A DNA stretch of 53,493 nt, from contig JACREC010000084.1 in the NCBI GenBank assembly GCA_016218445.1, forward strand, positions 1 to 53,493, written 5' to 3'. Positions 44,503-53,493 of the stretch are shown here, one piece after another. The position numbers and the translations under genes were made by a program. Origin of the DNA: Nitrosomonadales bacterium (GTDB lineage: Bacteria; Pseudomonadota; Gammaproteobacteria; Burkholderiales; Gallionellaceae). The notes beneath the pieces are model-generated. The model worked only from the letters and a program-made list of their open reading frames with translations, searched no databases and was not told the origin of the DNA. Positions within the stretch are counted from its first letter, which is position 1, and each line of letters opens with the position of its first letter.

Positions 44503-45992
44503 GTCAGGTCGAGTTCGCGTGCCGCTTTCACGTCGTCCAGGCGGCGCACCGGCATGGTATGCGGCGCGCCCTTCATCAGTTCCGGCGTGGCGTACGCTTC
44601 ATCGCGAATTTCCTTCAGCGCGGCGACGAAGGCGTCCAGCGTTTCCTTCGATTCGGTCTCGGTCGGCTCGATCAGCAGGCATTCCGGCACCAGCATCGGG
44701 AAGTAAGTGGTGGGCGGATGGTAGCCTTTGTCCAGCAGGCGTTTCGCCACGTCCATCGCGGAGATGCCGGTGGCATCCTTGAGCGGCTTCATCGACACGA
44801 TGAATTCATGGCTGGCGCGGCGTTGCGGGAAGGCGACGGTAAAACCCGCCTTGTGCAATTCCGCCATCAGGTAGTTGGCATTCAGCGTGGCGAATTCCGC
44901 GACCCGGTGCATCCCTTCCGCGCCCAGCATGCGCGCATACACATAAGCGCGCAGCAGCACACCGATGTTGCCGCTAAAGGCGGACAGGTGGCCGATGGAT
45001 TGGGGTAAATCTTTTTCCGTGAGGTAGCGGTAGCTACCCTCTCCCCCAACCCCGTGAGAATTCCCTCTCCCTGTGGGAGAGGGTGGGGGGGAGGGAGGCT
45101 CTTTGGCGACCACCGGCAATGGCAGGAACGGCATCAGCCGTTGCGCCACGCCCACTGCGCCGGCACCCGGCCCGCCGCCGCCGTGCGGCGTGGAGAAGGT
45201 CTTGTGCAAATTCATGTGGATCACGTCGAAGCCCATGTCGCCGGGTTTGACCTTGCCGAGAATCGCGTTCAGGTTTGCGCCGTCGTAATACAGCAGGCCG
45301 CCCGCGTCGTGGATGATTTTCTGGATGGCCTGTATCTGTTTTTCGAATACGCCCAGCGTGGACGGATTGGTCAGCATCAGCCCGGCAGTCTGCGGGCCGG
45401 TGGCGGCGCGCAGCGCGTCCAGGTCGACATCGCCATTCGCGTCGGTCGGGATTTCTTTGACCGTGTAGCCGCACATCACCGCCGTGGCGGGATTGGTGCC
45501 GTGCGCCGCATCCGGCACGATGATCTCGGTGCGCGCCGTGTCGCCGCGCGCATCGTGGTAGGCGCGGATCATCGCGATGCCGGCGAATTCGCCCTGCGCG
45601 CCCGCCATCGGCATCAGGCTGACGCCCGCCATGCCGGTGACATCTTTCAGTATTTCCTGCAGGCCATGCAGGCACGCCAGTACGCCCTGCCCCGTGCTAT
45701 CAGGGGCCAGCGGATGGCGCGCCAGAAACTGCGGCAGCATCGCCAGCGTATTGCAGGCGCGCGGGTTGTATTTCATGGTGCAGGAGCCGAGCGGATAGAA
45801 GTGCGTGTCAATGGAAAAATTCTTTTGCGACAGGCCGGTGTAGTGGCGCACCACATCCATTTCCGAGGCTTCCGGCAACAGCGGCTGGTCGGTGCGCAGC
45901 AGCGCGGCCGGAATGCCGCTAACCGTTGCGGTGTAATTCGGGGCCTGAGCCGCATTGCGGCGGCCGGGGTGGGAGCGTTCAAAAATCAGCAT
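44469..45992 (-). CDS. gcvPB: glycine dehydrogenase (aminomethyl-transferring) subunit 2 (with an in-frame repeat insertion)
   Basis: [13 protein letters not shown]-terminus, the [21 protein letters not shown]-Lys motif and a C-terminal [10 protein letters not shown] block. Confidence 0.95.
   Translation of the reverse strand: MLIFERSHPGRRNAAQAPNYTATVSGIPAALLRTDQPLLPEASEMDVVRHYTGLSQKNFSIDTHFYPLGSCTMKYNPRACNTLAMLPQFLARHPLAPDSTGQGVLACLHGLQEILKDVTGMAGVSLMPMAGAQGEFAGIAMIRAYHDARGDTARTEIIVPDAAHGTNPATAVMCGYTVKEIPTDANGDVDLDALRAATGPQTAGLMLTNPSTLGVFEKQIQAIQKIIHDAGGLLYYDGANLNAILGKVKPGDMGFDVIHMNLHKTFSTPHGGGGPGAGAVGVAQRLMPFLPLPVVAKEPPSPPPSPTGRGNSHGVGGEGSYRYLTEKDLPQSIGHLSAFSGNIGVLLRAYVYARMLGAEGMHRVAEFATLNANYLMAELHKAGFTVAFPQRRASHEFIVSMKPLKDATGISAMDVAKRLLDKGYHPPTTYFPMLVPECLLIEPTETESKETLDAFVAALKEIRDEAYATPELMKGAPHTMPVRRLDDVKAARELDLTWKPATNTRAA
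45037..45098. repeat. family-A palindromic element inside gcvPB
   Basis: ccctctccccc-aacccc...ccctctccc-tgt-gggagaggg-tggggggg-aggg is translated on the minus strand as [21 protein letters not shown]. Confidence 0.85.
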
Positions 45993-46028
45993 AGGATGCC
46001 TTTAAAAATTGTGCCGTTTAAAGCAGCA

Positions 46029-46145
46029 CCGTCATTCCGGCGTAGGCCGGAATCCAGTTGAAAAATAGCACCCGCAACACGGGTAACAAAAATCAAAAGC
46101 CTATTGAATAAACCCGCTGGATTCCGGCCTACGCCGGAATGACGG
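46029..46145. mobile_element. 117 bp MITE with 29 bp hairpin TIRs (CCGTCATTCCGGCGTAGGCCGGAATCCAG)
   Basis: 46029-46057 is the exact reverse complement of 46117-46145. The TIR is the same type as in the composite elements at 38830 and 42610. The tpx stop codon lies in the right TIR. Confidence 0.88.
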
Positions 46146-46680
46146 TTGTTAAATAGCTACGAGAATTTATTTCACAACTTTGCAGCGCGGCCAGTGCCAC
46201 ATCGTAATTCGGCTCGTTCTTGATCTCGCTGACCAGTTCGGTATAGCGCACCACGTTGTTGCCATCCAGCACGATCACGGCACGGGCAGCGAGCCCGGCC
46301 AGCACGCCACTGGCGATTTCCACGCCGTAGTTGCGCAGGAACTCGCGGCCGCGCATCAGCGACAGTGTGTTGATGTTGTTCAACCCCTCGGCGGCGCAGA
46401 AGCGAGCCGAGGCAAATGGCAGGTCGGCGGAAATCACCAGCACTACGGTGTTGTCCAGCTTGCTGGCAGCTTCGTTGAATTTGCGCGCAGAAGTAGCGCA
46501 CACTGCGGTGTCGAGGCTGGGAACGATGTTCAACACTTTGCGCTTGTTACCGAAACTGGCCAGTGTGATGTCCTGCAAATCCTTGCTCACCAGCGAGAAG
46601 GCCGGTGCGGTTTGTCCCACTTTTGGAAAGTCGCCGTTCAGTTGCACGGGGTTACCGCCGAGTGCTGTGCTGTGTGCCAT
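46129..46680 (-). CDS. tpx: thiol peroxidase (atypical 2-Cys peroxiredoxin Tpx), with a C-terminus extended into the MITE
   Basis: [10 protein letters not shown] and [18 protein letters not shown] (peroxidatic Cys motif). 183 aa, against about 165-168 for typical Tpx (from memory). The tail ...TTVIPA is read from the TIR. Confidence 0.9.
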   Translation of the reverse strand: MAHSTALGGNPVQLNGDFPKVGQTAPAFSLVSKDLQDITLASFGNKRKVLNIVPSLDTAVCATSARKFNEAASKLDNTVVLVISADLPFASARFCAAEGLNNINTLSLMRGREFLRNYGVEIASGVLAGLAARAVIVLDGNNVVRYTELVSEIKNEPNYDVALAALQSCEINSRSYLTTVIPA

Positions 46681-46694
46681 GTCGTTCTCCTTGT

Positions 46695-48107
46695 TTAGAG
46701 TGCGTGGCGTAACGCCGCCACATAGCGTTGCAAATCTTCATTGGTCTTGGTTTCGGTGGCGCACACCAGAATTGCATTGCCCAACTGCGGGTAGTGCGGT
46801 TGCAGATCGAAACCGCCCGACACACCTTGCTCTGCCATGCTGGCCAACACCGCCGCAGAGGACTTCGGCAGATGCAGCACCACCTCGTGGAAATGCGGCG
46901 CGCTGAACAACCGCTTCACGCCTTGTATGCTGCTGGCCTGCACCGTAAGGGCTTGCGTGTTGGCGTGCGATGCCGCGGCGACACGGCGCAGCCCGTCCAC
47001 GCCGAGCAATGCCATGTGGATGGTCGCTGCGGTCACCATCAACCCCTGATTGCTGCAAATGTTGGAAGTTGCCTTGGCGCGGCGAATATGTTGCTCGCGC
47101 GCTTGCAGGGTCAGCGTGAAACCCGGCTTGCCATCCAGATCCACGGTGCGGCCGATGATGCGCCCCGGCATCTGGCGCACCAGTGCCTGCTTGCAGCACA
47201 TGAAGCCGAAATACGGGCCGCCACTGGACAGCGGCGCGCCGAGCGGTTGCCCATCGCCGACCGCGATGTCTGCCCCCCTGATATTGGATTCGCGTAGCGA
47301 TTCGTTTGCCCCCTCTCCCTGTGGGAGAGGGTTGGGGAGAGGGCTGCCCCAGTTGCCGGGTGCCTTGAGCACAGCCAGCGTCAGCGGGTTGACCAGTCCG
47401 ATGGACAGCGCGCCTTGCGCATGCGCCCAGGCGGTAAGCGCATCCACATCCTCCAGCGCGCCGAAAAAATTCGGCTGCGGAATCACCAGTGCGGCGATGT
47501 CGCTGCCCGCGTGCTGTTCCAATGCCCTGAGATCGGTGGTTCCGGTCGCTGCATTGAACGGAATTTCCACCAGCTCGATATTTTGCAGTTTGACAATACT
47601 GCGCGCTACGCTGCGGTACAGCGGGCTGACAGTAGCGGGCAGCAATACACGGCGCGAGTTCTTGTGCGCGCGCACCGCCATCAGGATCGCTTCGGCCAGC
47701 GCGGATGCACCGTCGTACAAACTGGCGTTGGACGCATCCATGCCGGTCAGCGAGGCAATCATGGTCTGGTATTCGTACAACACTTGCAGCGTACCCTGGC
47801 TGGCCTCGGCCTGATACGGCGTGTAGGCGGTGTAGAACTCGCCGCGTGTGGCAATCTCCCACACCGCCGCGGGAATGTGGTGTTCGTATGCACCCGCGCC
47901 GATGAAGTTGAGCAGCGGAACATCCTGCGCGGCACGCTCATGCATCAGGCGCGATACCTGCATTTCATTCATGCCCTCGGGCACGGCGGAGAGCTTGCCG
48001 CTGCGCAGCACGGCAGGGATTTCGTCGAACAGCGCATCGATATTTTTCGCGCCGATGCTGGCGAGCATCGCGGCGATATCGGGTTCGGTGTGGGGGATGA
48101 AGGGCAT
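46695..48107 (-). CDS. gcvPA: glycine dehydrogenase (aminomethyl-transferring) subunit 1 (with an in-frame repeat insertion)
   Basis: [56 protein letters not shown] and GGPYFGFM...[12 protein letters not shown]. Confidence 0.95.
   Translation of the reverse strand: MPFIPHTEPDIAAMLASIGAKNIDALFDEIPAVLRSGKLSAVPEGMNEMQVSRLMHERAAQDVPLLNFIGAGAYEHHIPAAVWEIATRGEFYTAYTPYQAEASQGTLQVLYEYQTMIASLTGMDASNASLYDGASALAEAILMAVRAHKNSRRVLLPATVSPLYRSVARSIVKLQNIELVEIPFNAATGTTDLRALEQHAGSDIAALVIPQPNFFGALEDVDALTAWAHAQGALSIGLVNPLTLAVLKAPGNWGSPLPNPLPQGEGANESLRESNIRGADIAVGDGQPLGAPLSSGGPYFGFMCCKQALVRQMPGRIIGRTVDLDGKPGFTLTLQAREQHIRRAKATSNICSNQGLMVTAATIHMALLGVDGLRRVAAASHANTQALTVQASSIQGVKRLFSAPHFHEVVLHLPKSSAAVLASMAEQGVSGGFDLQPHYPQLGNAILVCATETKTNEDLQRYVAALRHAL
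47309..47343. repeat. family-A palindromic element inside gcvPA
   Basis: ccccctctccc-tgt-gggagaggg-tt-ggggagaggg is translated on the minus strand as [12 protein letters not shown]. Confidence 0.88.
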
Positions 48108-48110
48108 AAG

Positions 48111-48246
48111 GCAGTTGGTAGTCGTTAGAAGTTAGTTGGTAGTTAAAAACAATAGTCGTGTGAAGCAGTCGTTAGACGTTAGTCATTAGTTAAAGCCGCG
48201 CAGCGGACAATGCCAACTAGCGGCTAACGACTACTAACTAACGACT
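48111..48246. repeat. GTCGTTAG/CTAACGAC-rich long imperfect inverted repeat between gcvPA and gcvH
   Basis: gcagttggtagtcgttagaagttagttggtag... at the left is mirrored by ...ctagcggctaacgactactaactaacgactg at the right. Reiterated (T)AGTCGTTAG motifs on the plus strand create stops in several frames. Confidence 0.7.
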
Positions 48247-48251
48247 GTTTT

Positions 48252-48641
48252 CTAGTGCGCTTCGCTATCGACGACGGCCTGATACGCCGCAGCGTCCATC
48301 AGTGCGGCCACATCCGCCGCGTTGTCCGGCTTCATCTTGAACATCCATGCGCCGTAGGGGTCGGTGTTGATATGTTCCGGCGCGCTGTCCAGCTCGCTAT
48401 TCACCGCCGTCACTACACCGCCAACCGGCGCATACACGTCAGCGGCGGCCTTCACCGATTCCACCACCGCGCATTCTTCCTTGGCCTTGAGCTTGCGGCC
48501 GACCGCCGGGTTTTCCACAAACACCATGTCGCCCAGCAGTTCCTGCGCGTGTTGGGTGATGCCGATGCTGAGGGTGCCGTCAGCTTCACTTTTAACCCAT
48601 TCGTGGGAGGCGGTGTATTTCAGGTTGCTCGGGTTGCTCAT
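48252..48641 (-). CDS. gcvH: glycine cleavage system protein H
   Basis: 129 aa. YTASHEWV and the [14 protein letters not shown] lipoyl-Lys motif. Confidence 0.95.
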   Translation of the reverse strand: MSNPSNLKYTASHEWVKSEADGTLSIGITQHAQELLGDMVFVENPAVGRKLKAKEECAVVESVKAAADVYAPVGGVVTAVNSELDSAPEHINTDPYGAWMFKMKPDNAADVAALMDAAAYQAVVDSEAH

Positions 48642-48655
48642 TCAAATCTCCTTGT

Positions 48656-48721
48656 TAGTCGTAAGACGTAAGACATAAGACGTAAGTTTTAACCGCGTAG
48701 CGACAACATCAACTTACGTCT
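48656..48721. repeat. heptamer reiteration (CGTAAGA x about 4) plus an 11 bp stem hairpin between gcvH and gcvT
   Basis: tcgtaagacgtaagacataagacgtaag, with AGACGTAAGTT (48678-48688) pairing AACTTACGTCT (48711-48721) across a 22 nt loop. Confidence 0.7.
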
Positions 48722-48726
48722 TGCGT

Positions 48727-49809
48727 CTACAAACTGCTTTTGCCATTTCTTGCAAACGGATATTTCACCACCCTTGCCGCCAGCATTTTATCGCGAATCG
48801 CCACTTGTACCGTGTCGCCGATTTGCACTTCTTTCGGCACGCGTGCCAGCGCGATGGATTTTTCCAGTGTGGGCGAGAAACTGCCGCTGGTGATTTCGCC
48901 AGTACCGTGCGCGGTGTGGACCTGCTGATGGCCGCGCAATACGCCGCGGTCCAGCAACACTAACCCGACCAGCTTGCGTGTCGGCAGGTTTGCCAGCAGT
49001 GCAGCCTTGCCGATGAAGTCGCGTTCACTCTTCAAATCCACTGTCCATGTCAGGCCGGATTCCAGCGGGCTTACCGTTTCGTCCATGTCCTGGCCGTACA
49101 GATTCATGCCCGCTTCCAGGCGCAGCGTGTCGCGCGCGCCAAGGCCGATGGGCGGAACGCCCGCCTTGTTCAGGGCATGCCAGAATGCTTCGACTTTTTC
49201 TTTGGGCAGCATCACCTCGAAACCGTCTTCGCCGGTGTAGCCGGTGCGCGCCACGAAGTACTCGCCGCAATCCGCTGCCTGGAAATTCTGCAAGCCTTCT
49301 GTGGCGGCTTTGGTTTGTGGCAGCACCTGCCACACTTTGGCGCGCGCGTTGGGGCCTTGCACTGCAACCATCGCCAGATCATTGCGCGAAGTGATGCTCA
49401 ATTGGGGAGCGAGTTTCGTCGCCTGCTCGCGCATCCACGCAATGTCCTTGTCCGCCGTGCCCGCGTTCACCACGATGCGGAACCACCGCTCATTCATGAA
49501 GTAGATGATGAGGTCGTCAATCACCCCGCCGTCCGGGCGCAGCATGGAGGAATACAGCGCCTTGCCGGGCAGCGTGAGCTTGTCGGCGTTGTTTGCCAGC
49601 AGGGAGCGCAGGAAGGCGCGTACGCCGTTTCCTTTCGCATCCACTACGCGCATGTGGCATACGTCGAACATTCCACAATCGTTACGCACCTGGTGGTGCT
49701 CGTCTATCTGCGAGCCGTAATTCACCGGCATGTCCCAGCCGCCGAAATCAACCATCTTTGCGCCCATGGCGCGGTGTGCTGCGTTGAGCGGAGTTTGCTT
49801 AAGCATCAT
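48727..49809 (-). CDS. gcvT: glycine cleavage system aminomethyltransferase T
   Basis: From Met71 of the ORF: [42 protein letters not shown]. The upstream part of ORF 50019 is read through the riboswitch. Confidence 0.95.
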   Translation of the reverse strand: MMLKQTPLNAAHRAMGAKMVDFGGWDMPVNYGSQIDEHHQVRNDCGMFDVCHMRVVDAKGNGVRAFLRSLLANNADKLTLPGKALYSSMLRPDGGVIDDLIIYFMNERWFRIVVNAGTADKDIAWMREQATKLAPQLSITSRNDLAMVAVQGPNARAKVWQVLPQTKAATEGLQNFQAADCGEYFVARTGYTGEDGFEVMLPKEKVEAFWHALNKAGVPPIGLGARDTLRLEAGMNLYGQDMDETVSPLESGLTWTVDLKSERDFIGKAALLANLPTRKLVGLVLLDRGVLRGHQQVHTAHGTGEITSGSFSPTLEKSIALARVPKEVQIGDTVQVAIRDKMLAARVVKYPFARNGKSSL

Positions 49810-49826
49810 GTGTCTTTCGAAAAATG

Positions 49827-49860
49827 AAAAAGGGCGCAGCACGAATTCGTGCTGCGCCCC
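49827..49860 (-). terminator. intrinsic terminator forming the expression platform of the glycine riboswitch
   Basis: The minus-strand RNA GGGCGCAGCACG-AAUU-CGUGCUGCGCCC forms a 12 bp perfect stem followed by UUUUU. It ends about 17 nt upstream of the gcvT start. Confidence 0.8.
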
Positions 49861-49861
49861 A

Positions 49862-50020
49862 TCTGTCCTTGATACCTGAGAGATTACAACTCGCGTTGCG
49901 TGCCCCTTCGGTGGCTGCGTAAAACAGCGCTCTCCAGATTTGCCTGATCCAACGGTTCCTTTAGCCTGAGCGGTTGCGGGTGTTGCGCCTTCGGCGGTGC
50001 TGGTAGCACGCTCTCCCATT
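49862..50020 (-). promoter_or_regulatory. tandem glycine riboswitch (two aptamers)
   Basis: The minus-strand RNA holds two aptamers. Aptamer 1 is GGGAGAGCGUGCUACCAGCACCGCCGAAGGCGCAACACCCGCAACCGCUCAGGCUAAAGGAACCG. Aptamer 2 is GGAGAGCGCUGUUUUACGCAGCCACCGAAGGGGCACGCAACGCGAGUUGUAAUCUCUCAGGUAUCAAGGAC. Both carry the GGAGAG...CACCGAAGGGGCA...CUCAGG...GGAC consensus. Confidence 0.9.
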
Positions 50021-50078
50021 GGTCTGAACGGCAGGCGGGACTATACCGGAGTCGGAAACGGGCAGCAAGCCGCTCGAG

Positions 50079-50912
50079 CTACTGCGGATAAAACAGGAAC
50101 AGCCGATATCCGGACGGCTTGAGGTCGGTGGTGTCGAGGTTCAGTTTTACACTGAGCTCGCGGTTGGCCGCCAGGCCTTGTTTTTCGTCCTCGCCCGGCT
50201 TGAGGTATTCCGCCGGGAGGAAGGTGCGGCGCGCCAGCGCCTTGTCCTGCGTGTCGGTCAGGGTGAGTTCGAGATTGGGATAGGCCTGCGCGTAAGGCGC
50301 GCGGTTGTGCAGGAGGGCGTTGAGGATGATGAAATTGGACTGTGCCGGGTCGGCTTCCAGGTCGGAAGACTCGATGCTCACCAAATCCGCCTTCTGCGGC
50401 AACGGAACGGTGCACTGTAGCAACCCACAATAGGAGGTGAGCGCGGGCTTGAGGCCGGGCAGGTTCGCGGCGAGTTCGACACGGAAGAAATACGCGGCCT
50501 GCGCCAGCAGCATGATCAACAGCAGCAGGCAGCCGACGGCCCATGGCCAGCTGGATTTTTTCCCGGCAGGTTCGGGAAGTGCATTACCCAAGCCGCCTGA
50601 AAAAGTAATTTGTTGCGCCAGCGTGACCGGTCCGGCGGCCCCGGTTTTTTTGCCGGGGGTTTTTATGTGAACCGTATCCGTGCGGCTGAAGTCTAGCTCT
50701 TGGTAAACAGCTTCGGCTGGCGTTTGCCGGGTTTCTTCCGGTGCGATGGGCAGGTCGAGTTGCGGGCTGGGCTGGTCGTCCTGTAAATGTTCTGCGGCGT
50801 TGAACACCGCCTGGCAGCGTCCGCAACGCACCATGCCCTGATGCGCATCAAGCTGCTCCTGGCTTACTTTAAACCGGGTATGGCACTGGGGGCATTGCGT
50901 TGAGGTACTCAT
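50079..50912 (-). CDS. zinc-ribbon (MJ0042-type) plus DUF3426 domain protein
   Basis: MSTSTQCPQCHTRFKVSQEQLDAHQGMVRCGRCQAVFNA, one TM segment, and a C-terminal beta-rich domain ending GYRLFLFYPQ. It sits downstream of prmA, as is common in betaproteobacteria. Confidence 0.8.
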   Translation of the reverse strand: MSTSTQCPQCHTRFKVSQEQLDAHQGMVRCGRCQAVFNAAEHLQDDQPSPQLDLPIAPEETRQTPAEAVYQELDFSRTDTVHIKTPGKKTGAAGPVTLAQQITFSGGLGNALPEPAGKKSSWPWAVGCLLLLIMLLAQAAYFFRVELAANLPGLKPALTSYCGLLQCTVPLPQKADLVSIESSDLEADPAQSNFIILNALLHNRAPYAQAYPNLELTLTDTQDKALARRTFLPAEYLKPGEDEKQGLAANRELSVKLNLDTTDLKPSGYRLFLFYPQ

Positions 50913-51799
50913 CGTTTCACACCGGACAAACACGCCCAGCCATCTTCCATCACCGGCGGCTTCAGGTCAAACCATTGCGCATACACTCGCATCACGTCTT
51001 CGGCCTGTTCGCTGAGTATGCCGGACAGCACGATCTGACCGTCACGCCGGGTTGCAGCGGCGAGTAGCGGGGCGAGCACTTTGAGCGGGTTGGTGAGAAT
51101 ATTGGCAACGACGATATCGGCTTGCTGTTGCGGGGCTGCATCCGGCAGGCAGAATTGCGCCACCACCTGGTTGGCGGCTGCGTTGTCGCGGCTGGCTTGC
51201 ACCGCTTGTGCATCCACGTCCACGCCGGTGGCGCGGGCTGCGCCCAGCTTGAGGGCGGCAATAGCAAGGATGCCGGAGCCGCAGCCGTAATCCAGCACAC
51301 TTTCACCGCCTTGCAAATGGTCATCCAGCCAGCGCAAACACAGGCGGGTAGTGGGATGGCTGCCGGTGCCGAAGGCCAGGCCGGGGTCGAGCGTAATGTT
51401 GATGGCTGTGGGGTCGGATGGGGTGTGCCAGGTGGGTACGATCCACAGCCGCCGCGAGATACGGATGGGTTCGAACTGCGATTGGGTCAGGCGCACCCAG
51501 TCGTTGTCTTCCAAGGTTTCGGTGTGATAGGCGGGCGGCTGTTCCAGCCCGATGGCATGTGCCGCCTCCAGCATGATGACGTCTATCCGCGCATCTTCGG
51601 CAAACAGGGCAGTGACCCGGTTATGCGACCAGAGATGCGGGGCGGGTTCGCCCGGTTCGCCGAAGATGGCCTGTTCGTCAGGGGTGTCGGCATCCGCATC
51701 GTGTACGTCCACCGACAGTGCGCCGAGTTCCAGCAGAGCCTCGCTCAGGGTATCTGCCTGGGGTGCAGATGCGGTGACCGTCAGCGAAAGCCAGGACAT
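50909..51799 (-). CDS. prmA: ribosomal protein L11 methyltransferase
   Basis: From Met22: MSWLSLTVTASAPQADTLSEALLELGALSV. Motifs GLAFGTGSHPTTRLCL and VLDYGCGSGILAIAALKLGA. Confidence 0.93.
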   Translation of the reverse strand: MSWLSLTVTASAPQADTLSEALLELGALSVDVHDADADTPDEQAIFGEPGEPAPHLWSHNRVTALFAEDARIDVIMLEAAHAIGLEQPPAYHTETLEDNDWVRLTQSQFEPIRISRRLWIVPTWHTPSDPTAINITLDPGLAFGTGSHPTTRLCLRWLDDHLQGGESVLDYGCGSGILAIAALKLGAARATGVDVDAQAVQASRDNAAANQVVAQFCLPDAAPQQQADIVVANILTNPLKVLAPLLAAATRRDGQIVLSGILSEQAEDVMRVYAQWFDLKPPVMEDGWACLSGVKR

Positions 51800-51800
51800 A

Positions 51801-53156
51801 CTAGCTTCCCTTGGTGCGTTCTGCCAGCTTCTGTTCCAGATAATGGATGCTGGTGCCGCCACTCAGGAAGGCGGCGTCCTGCATCAGTTCCTGATGCAGC
51901 GGAATATTGGTGTCTATGCCTTCCACCGCCATTTCGGACAGGGCGGTGCGCATGCGCGCGATGGCCTGCTCGCGTGTGTCGCCGTAGGCGATGATCTTGC
52001 CGATCATCGAGTCGTAATGGGGCGGCACGAAGTAGTTGGCATACACATGCGAATCGACGCGGATGCCGGGACCGCCCGGCGGGTGCCAGGTGGTGATGCG
52101 ACCGGGCGAAGGTGTGAACTTGTAAGGATGCTCGGCGTTGATGCGGCATTCGATGGCGTGGCCTTTGAACTCGATGTCTTTTTGCCGGAGGCTGAGTTTT
52201 TCACCGGCGGCGATGTGGATCTGCTGCTGCACGATGTCGATTCCGGTAATCATTTCAGTGACCGGATGCTCCACTTGCACGCGAGTGTTCATCTCAATAA
52301 AGAAAAACTCGTCGTCCTCATACAGAAACTCAAAGGTGCCCGCGCCGCGGTAGCCGATCTTGCGGCAAGCCTCCGCGCAGCGTTCGCCGATTTTGTTGCG
52401 CAGGCGCGCATTGAGCAGGGGCGCGGGTGCTTCCTCGATAACTTTCTGGTGACGGCGCTGCATCGAGCAGTCGCGCTCGCCCAGATGTACGGCGTTGCCG
52501 TAAGAGTCGGCCAGCACCTGGAACTCAATGTGGCGCGGGTTCTCCAGGAATTTCTCCATGTACACCACGGGGTTGTTGAAGGCATTCTGGGCTTCGCTGC
52601 GCGTCATGGTCACGGCGTTGAGCAGCGCAGCCTCGGTATGCACCACGCGCATGCCGCGCCCGCCGCCCCCCCCGGAAGCCTTGATGATGACGGGGTAGCC
52701 AATGCTGCGCGCGATCTTGACGATTTCAGAGGGGTTGTCCGGCAGCGCGCCATCCACGCCGGGAACGCAGGGAACGCCGGCTTTCTTCATCGCGTTCTTG
52801 GCGGAAACCTTGTCGCCCATCAGGCGGATGGTGTCGGGGCGCGGGCCGATGAACACGAAGCCGCTTTTTTCCACGCGCTCGGCAAAGTCGGCATTCTCCG
52901 ACAGAAAGCCGTAACCGGGATGGATGGCCTGTGCGTCGGTGACTTCCGCCGCGCTGATGATGGCCGGAATGTGCAGGTAGCTTTGCGACGAAGGTGCGGG
53001 GCCAATGCATACCGATTCATCGGCCAGCTTGACGTACTTGGCGTCCGCGTCGGCCTCGGAATGGACGGCTACGGTCTTGATACCCATCTCGCGGCAGGCG
53101 CGCTGGATACGCAGGGCGATTTCGCCGCGGTTGGCAATCAGGATTTTTTCAAACAT
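51801..53156 (-). CDS. accC: acetyl-CoA carboxylase biotin carboxylase subunit
   Basis: From the internal Met: [29 protein letters not shown]. Motifs [14 protein letters not shown] and [14 protein letters not shown]. An in-frame upstream ATG at 53261 (MFEKK...) would add 35 residues; see findings. Confidence 0.95.
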   Translation of the reverse strand: MFEKILIANRGEIALRIQRACREMGIKTVAVHSEADADAKYVKLADESVCIGPAPSSQSYLHIPAIISAAEVTDAQAIHPGYGFLSENADFAERVEKSGFVFIGPRPDTIRLMGDKVSAKNAMKKAGVPCVPGVDGALPDNPSEIVKIARSIGYPVIIKASGGGGGRGMRVVHTEAALLNAVTMTRSEAQNAFNNPVVYMEKFLENPRHIEFQVLADSYGNAVHLGERDCSMQRRHQKVIEEAPAPLLNARLRNKIGERCAEACRKIGYRGAGTFEFLYEDDEFFFIEMNTRVQVEHPVTEMITGIDIVQQQIHIAAGEKLSLRQKDIEFKGHAIECRINAEHPYKFTPSPGRITTWHPPGGPGIRVDSHVYANYFVPPHYDSMIGKIIAYGDTREQAIARMRTALSEMAVEGIDTNIPLHQELMQDAAFLSGGTSIHYLEQKLAERTKGS

Positions 53157-53277
53157 GGCAATGGGCACCGGTTTGGGCGTCGCACGTATAATCCCGCGCT
53201 TCAGCAAACTGCCGGGCGGCTTGTCCTCGCCTTGCTTGGCGGACGGTTTCTTTTCGAACATGGTTAATCAGGCGAGA

Positions 53278-53493
53278 CTAGCCGATAACAAAGAGGGGTT
53301 GACCATATTCTACCGGCTGTCCGTTCTCTACCAGAATGGCCTTGATGACGCCGCCTTGATCGGCTTCGATTTCATTAAGCAATTTCATGGCTTCGATAAT
53401 ACACAGGGTATCGCCCGCGTTCACGCTTTGACCCACCTCCACGAAGGACTTGGCGCCGGGGGAAGGGCAGCGGTAGAAGCTGCCGACCATGGG
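53278..53493 (-). CDS. accB: acetyl-CoA carboxylase biotin carboxyl carrier protein (5' end outside the window)
   Basis: C-terminal biotinyl domain ...[19 protein letters not shown]...GQPLFVIG with the EAMK biotinylation motif. The reading frame stays open to the window edge. Confidence 0.93.
   Translation of the reverse strand, partial: PMVGSFYRCPSPGAKSFVEVGQSVNAGDTLCIIEAMKLLNEIEADQGGVIKAILVENGQPVEYGQPLFVIG

Noticed and set aside
49862-50020. Coding potential of the gcvT ORF extension ([15 protein letters not shown]...)
   Set aside because: This region is the tandem glycine riboswitch, with conserved aptamer cores on the minus strand followed by a terminator. It is not protein-coding.

Overview
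GC-rich (about 60%) proteobacterial chromosome segment; gene content and order look betaproteobacterial. From left to right it holds thiC (3' end truncated by the window) behind a TPP riboswitch, a pcm-like methyltransferase and tolC. Next come rfbBACD, waaA and waaC on the minus strand. A roughly 17 kb O-antigen cluster follows whose order mirrors Pseudomonas aeruginosa O6 (wbpO-wbpP-flippase-GTs-AsnB-like amidotransferase-GT-epimerase-wbpL-wbpM), with four extra SAM methyltransferases. After it sits a Wzy_C/ligase-like gene, core-type glycosyltransferases and two Zn-ribbon methyltransferases. An Arn/Gtr-style periplasmic glycan-modification module comes next: a polyprenyl-P GT2, a WecD-like acetyltransferase, a small flippase, a convergent GT-C enzyme, an SGNH-like protein, an MBOAT and wecE. 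Then come apaH, a small AT-rich islet (MazE-like ORF plus an orphan 2-TM protein), adenosine kinase and dgkA. A glycine-riboswitch-controlled gcvT-gcvH-gcvPA-tpx-gcvPB string follows, then a DUF3426 gene, prmA, accC and accB. The most unusual aspect is the density of small repeat families. A stop-free CCCTCTCCC/GGGAGAGGG palindromic element sits in frame inside thiC, wbpP, gcvPA and gcvPB. A roughly 50 nt hairpin unit shows compensatory stem changes and overlaps the start regions of tolC and a GT2 gene. Composite MITE-like elements occur as an inverted pair bracketing 3.5 kb. No CRISPR, tRNA, rRNA, integrase or transposase gene was seen.
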